Assembly: GCF_030384885.1 (NCBI RefSeq)
Contig: NZ_CP128613.1
DNA length: 64,000 nucleotides
From: Escherichia coli
Lineage (GTDB): Bacteria > Pseudomonadota > Gammaproteobacteria > Enterobacterales > Enterobacteriaceae
Direction: 5' to 3' (one strand)
Both the position numbers and the translations under genes were made by a program. Shown in pieces: positions 62,003 to 64,000 of this stretch. The notes under the pieces were generated by a model. The model was not told the origin of the DNA. It was given only the letters and a program-made list of their open reading frames with translations, and made no database searches. The first letter of the stretch is position 1. Every line of letters starts with the position of its first letter.

Positions 62003-63114
62003 TGTGCAGCTCCTGGTTTGGCCTCACCAATCACCACTTCATCGCCCGCTTCCAGCCCTTTGACAATCTCAACATCGGTATCGTTACGTGCGCCAATCGT
62101 CACTTCACGCTCGCGTGTTTCACCATTACGCAACAATTTGACTTTATAACGATTATCGCCAACCGGATCGCCTAACGCCGACAGAGGGATCGTCAGCACA
62201 TTTTTCACATCGGTGAGCTGAATATGCACTTGCGCGGTCATATCCAGCCGCAGCAAACCATTGGGGTTGGGTACTTCAAAACGGGCGTAATAGAAAATAG
62301 CGTCGTTAACCTTTTCCGGCGTCGGTAGCACATCCTTGATTTGCCCCTCATAGCGCGTCAGCGGATCGCCAAGCACCGTAAACCAGGCTTTTTGCCCCGG
62401 CTTCAGGTGGATTACATCCGCTTCAGAAACCTGCGCTTTTACCAGCATGGTGCTCATATCTGCCAGCGTCAGAATGTTCGGTGCTTGTTGTGCGGCAATC
62501 ACCGTCTGGCCTTGCAGAGTGGTGATTTGCGTGACTTCCCCGGCCATCGGGGCAACGATGCGGGTGTAATCGAGATTGGTTTTAGCCGTATCGAGTGAGG
62601 CCTGATTGCGCTTGATTTGCGCGTCAATGGTGCCAATTTGCGCCTGTTTCACAGCCATCTCCGTCGCGGCAGTATCGAGATCCTGCTGTGAAACCGCCTG
62701 CGTTTGTGCAAGACGTTGCTGACGGGAATACGTCACCCGCGCCAGTTTCAGCTCCGCTTCCGCCTGCTGCCGCTGCGCGCGTAGCTCCATCAGCGTTGCT
62801 TCCACCTCCTTGATCTGGTTTTCAGCTTGTTCAGGATCAATAACCCCTAAAAGCTGGTCTTTTTTTACTTTATCGCCAATCGCCACCGACAGCGTTTTCA
62901 ACTGACCGCTGACCTGTGCACCCACGTCAACCTTACGCAGCGCGTCCAGCTTTCCGGTCGCCAGCACGCTTTGCTGTAAATCACCGGGGCGCACAATCAG
63001 CGTCTGATAAGTCGGCACGGGTGCGTTAAGAATTCTCCATAACGCAATCAGTCCGGCAATGATTATCACCAGCGCAATAACGTAACGCTTCTTCACGGTT
63101 TTCCGCTTTTTCAT
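61999..63114 (-). CDS. macA: Macrolide export periplasmic adaptor MacA (membrane fusion protein)
   Basis: Track ORF 380 aa; start taken at ATG 63114 ([22 protein letters not shown], 371 aa). Confidence 0.92.
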   Translation of the reverse strand: MKKRKTVKKRYVIALVIIIAGLIALWRILNAPVPTYQTLIVRPGDLQQSVLATGKLDALRKVDVGAQVSGQLKTLSVAIGDKVKKDQLLGVIDPEQAENQIKEVEATLMELRAQRQQAEAELKLARVTYSRQQRLAQTQAVSQQDLDTAATEMAVKQAQIGTIDAQIKRNQASLDTAKTNLDYTRIVAPMAGEVTQITTLQGQTVIAAQQAPNILTLADMSTMLVKAQVSEADVIHLKPGQKAWFTVLGDPLTRYEGQIKDVLPTPEKVNDAIFYYARFEVPNPNGLLRLDMTAQVHIQLTDVKNVLTIPLSALGDPVGDNRYKVKLLRNGETREREVTIGARNDTDVEIVKGLEAGDEVVIGEAKPGAAQ

Positions 63115-63264
63115 AAATATTCTGAATACTCCATATGCCAATCCGGGTCATTAACTTCAACGAAATATCAACAAAACCCTAAAATTTACGTTAGTAATCA
63201 CACTATTGATGTTTGGTTAAGATACGCCATGGTGAAATCGACGTTATGTATAACCATTGATTTC

Positions 63265-64000
63265 ATGAATATGTCGCAGCTAACTGAACGGACCTTTACG
63301 CCATCTGACTCTCTCAGCAGCCTGTCACTTTTTCTTAGTCTGGCACGTGGACAGTGTCGGCCGGGTAAATTTTGGCATCGCCGTAGTTTTCGCCAGAAAT
63401 TTTTGCTGCGCTCGTTGATTATGCCGCGTTTAAGCGTTGAGTGGATGAACGAACTTTCCCACTGGCCGAATCTCCATGTGTTGTTAACGCGCCAGCCGCG
63501 ACTGCCTGTGCGTCTGCATCGCCCTTACCTTGCGGCGAATCTTAGCCGCAAGCAATTGCTGGAGGCGTTACGTTACCATTATGCATTGCTTCGTGCCTGC
63601 ATGTCGGCAGAAGAATTCAGCTTATATTTGAATACTCCCGGGCTGCAACTGGCGAAGCTGGAAGGCAAAAACGGCGAGCAGTTCACACTTGAGCTGACCA
63701 TGATGATCTCAATGGATAAAGAAGGTGACAGCACAATCCTGTTCCGCAACAGCGAAGGTATTCCTCTGGCAGAGATCACCTTTACTCTGTGTGAATACCA
63801 GGGGAAAAGAACAATGTTTATTGGCGGGCTGCAAGGTGCGAAATGGGAAATTCCACATCAGGAAATCCAGAATGCGACGAAAGCCTGCCACGGGCTATTT
63901 CCCAAACGCCTTGTGATGGAAGCGGCCTGTCTGTTTGCCCAACGTTTGCAGGTAGAGCAGATCATTGCCGTCAGCAATGAAACACATATTTACCGCAGCC
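63265..64000 (+). CDS. ybjX: VirK/YbjX-family protein (DUF535), N-terminal part; continues beyond the window
   Basis: Open frame from ATG 63265 (MNMSQLTERTFTPSDSLSSL...) to the window edge with no stop; diverges from macA. In-frame ATGs at 63229 and 63271 are alternative starts. Confidence 0.7.
   Translation, partial: MNMSQLTERTFTPSDSLSSLSLFLSLARGQCRPGKFWHRRSFRQKFLLRSLIMPRLSVEWMNELSHWPNLHVLLTRQPRLPVRLHRPYLAANLSRKQLLEALRYHYALLRACMSAEEFSLYLNTPGLQLAKLEGKNGEQFTLELTMMISMDKEGDSTILFRNSEGIPLAEITFTLCEYQGKRTMFIGGLQGAKWEIPHQEIQNATKACHGLFPKRLVMEAACLFAQRLQVEQIIAVSNETHIYRS

Overview
This window reads as conserved enterobacterial core chromosome, co-linear (in reverse orientation) with the Escherichia coli K-12 region ldtD'-mukBEF-cmoM ... 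macAB-ybjX'. I call 49 protein genes (two partial at the window edges) and one tRNA-Ser(GGA) gene, plus intrinsic terminators, REP/BIME elements and two FNR sites; nearly every gene is on the minus strand except focA-pflB-pflA, ycaO, trxB-cydDC-aat-infA and cspD. Gene identities come from reading the supplied translations and from synteny; no search was run. Starts were re-chosen by eye wherever the ORF track over-extended an N-terminus (mukE, cmoM, ycaI, ycaL, ycaO, focA, pflA, ycaM, dmsC, lolA, lrp, trxB, clpA, cspD, macA). I found no mobile element, integrase, CRISPR array, toxin-antitoxin pair or defence island; gene content and spacing look like the ordinary core layout. The observations most worth a second look are modest: a partial duplicate of the tRNA-Ser 3' end with its terminator, split by a 73-nt insert (a possible att-site scar); two arrays of in-frame 39-bp tandem repeats in the ftsK linker (FtsK is 1347 aa here); and the poorly characterised ycaK/ycaN/ycaM/ycaD/ycaC cluster lying between two FNR-controlled anaerobic operons.
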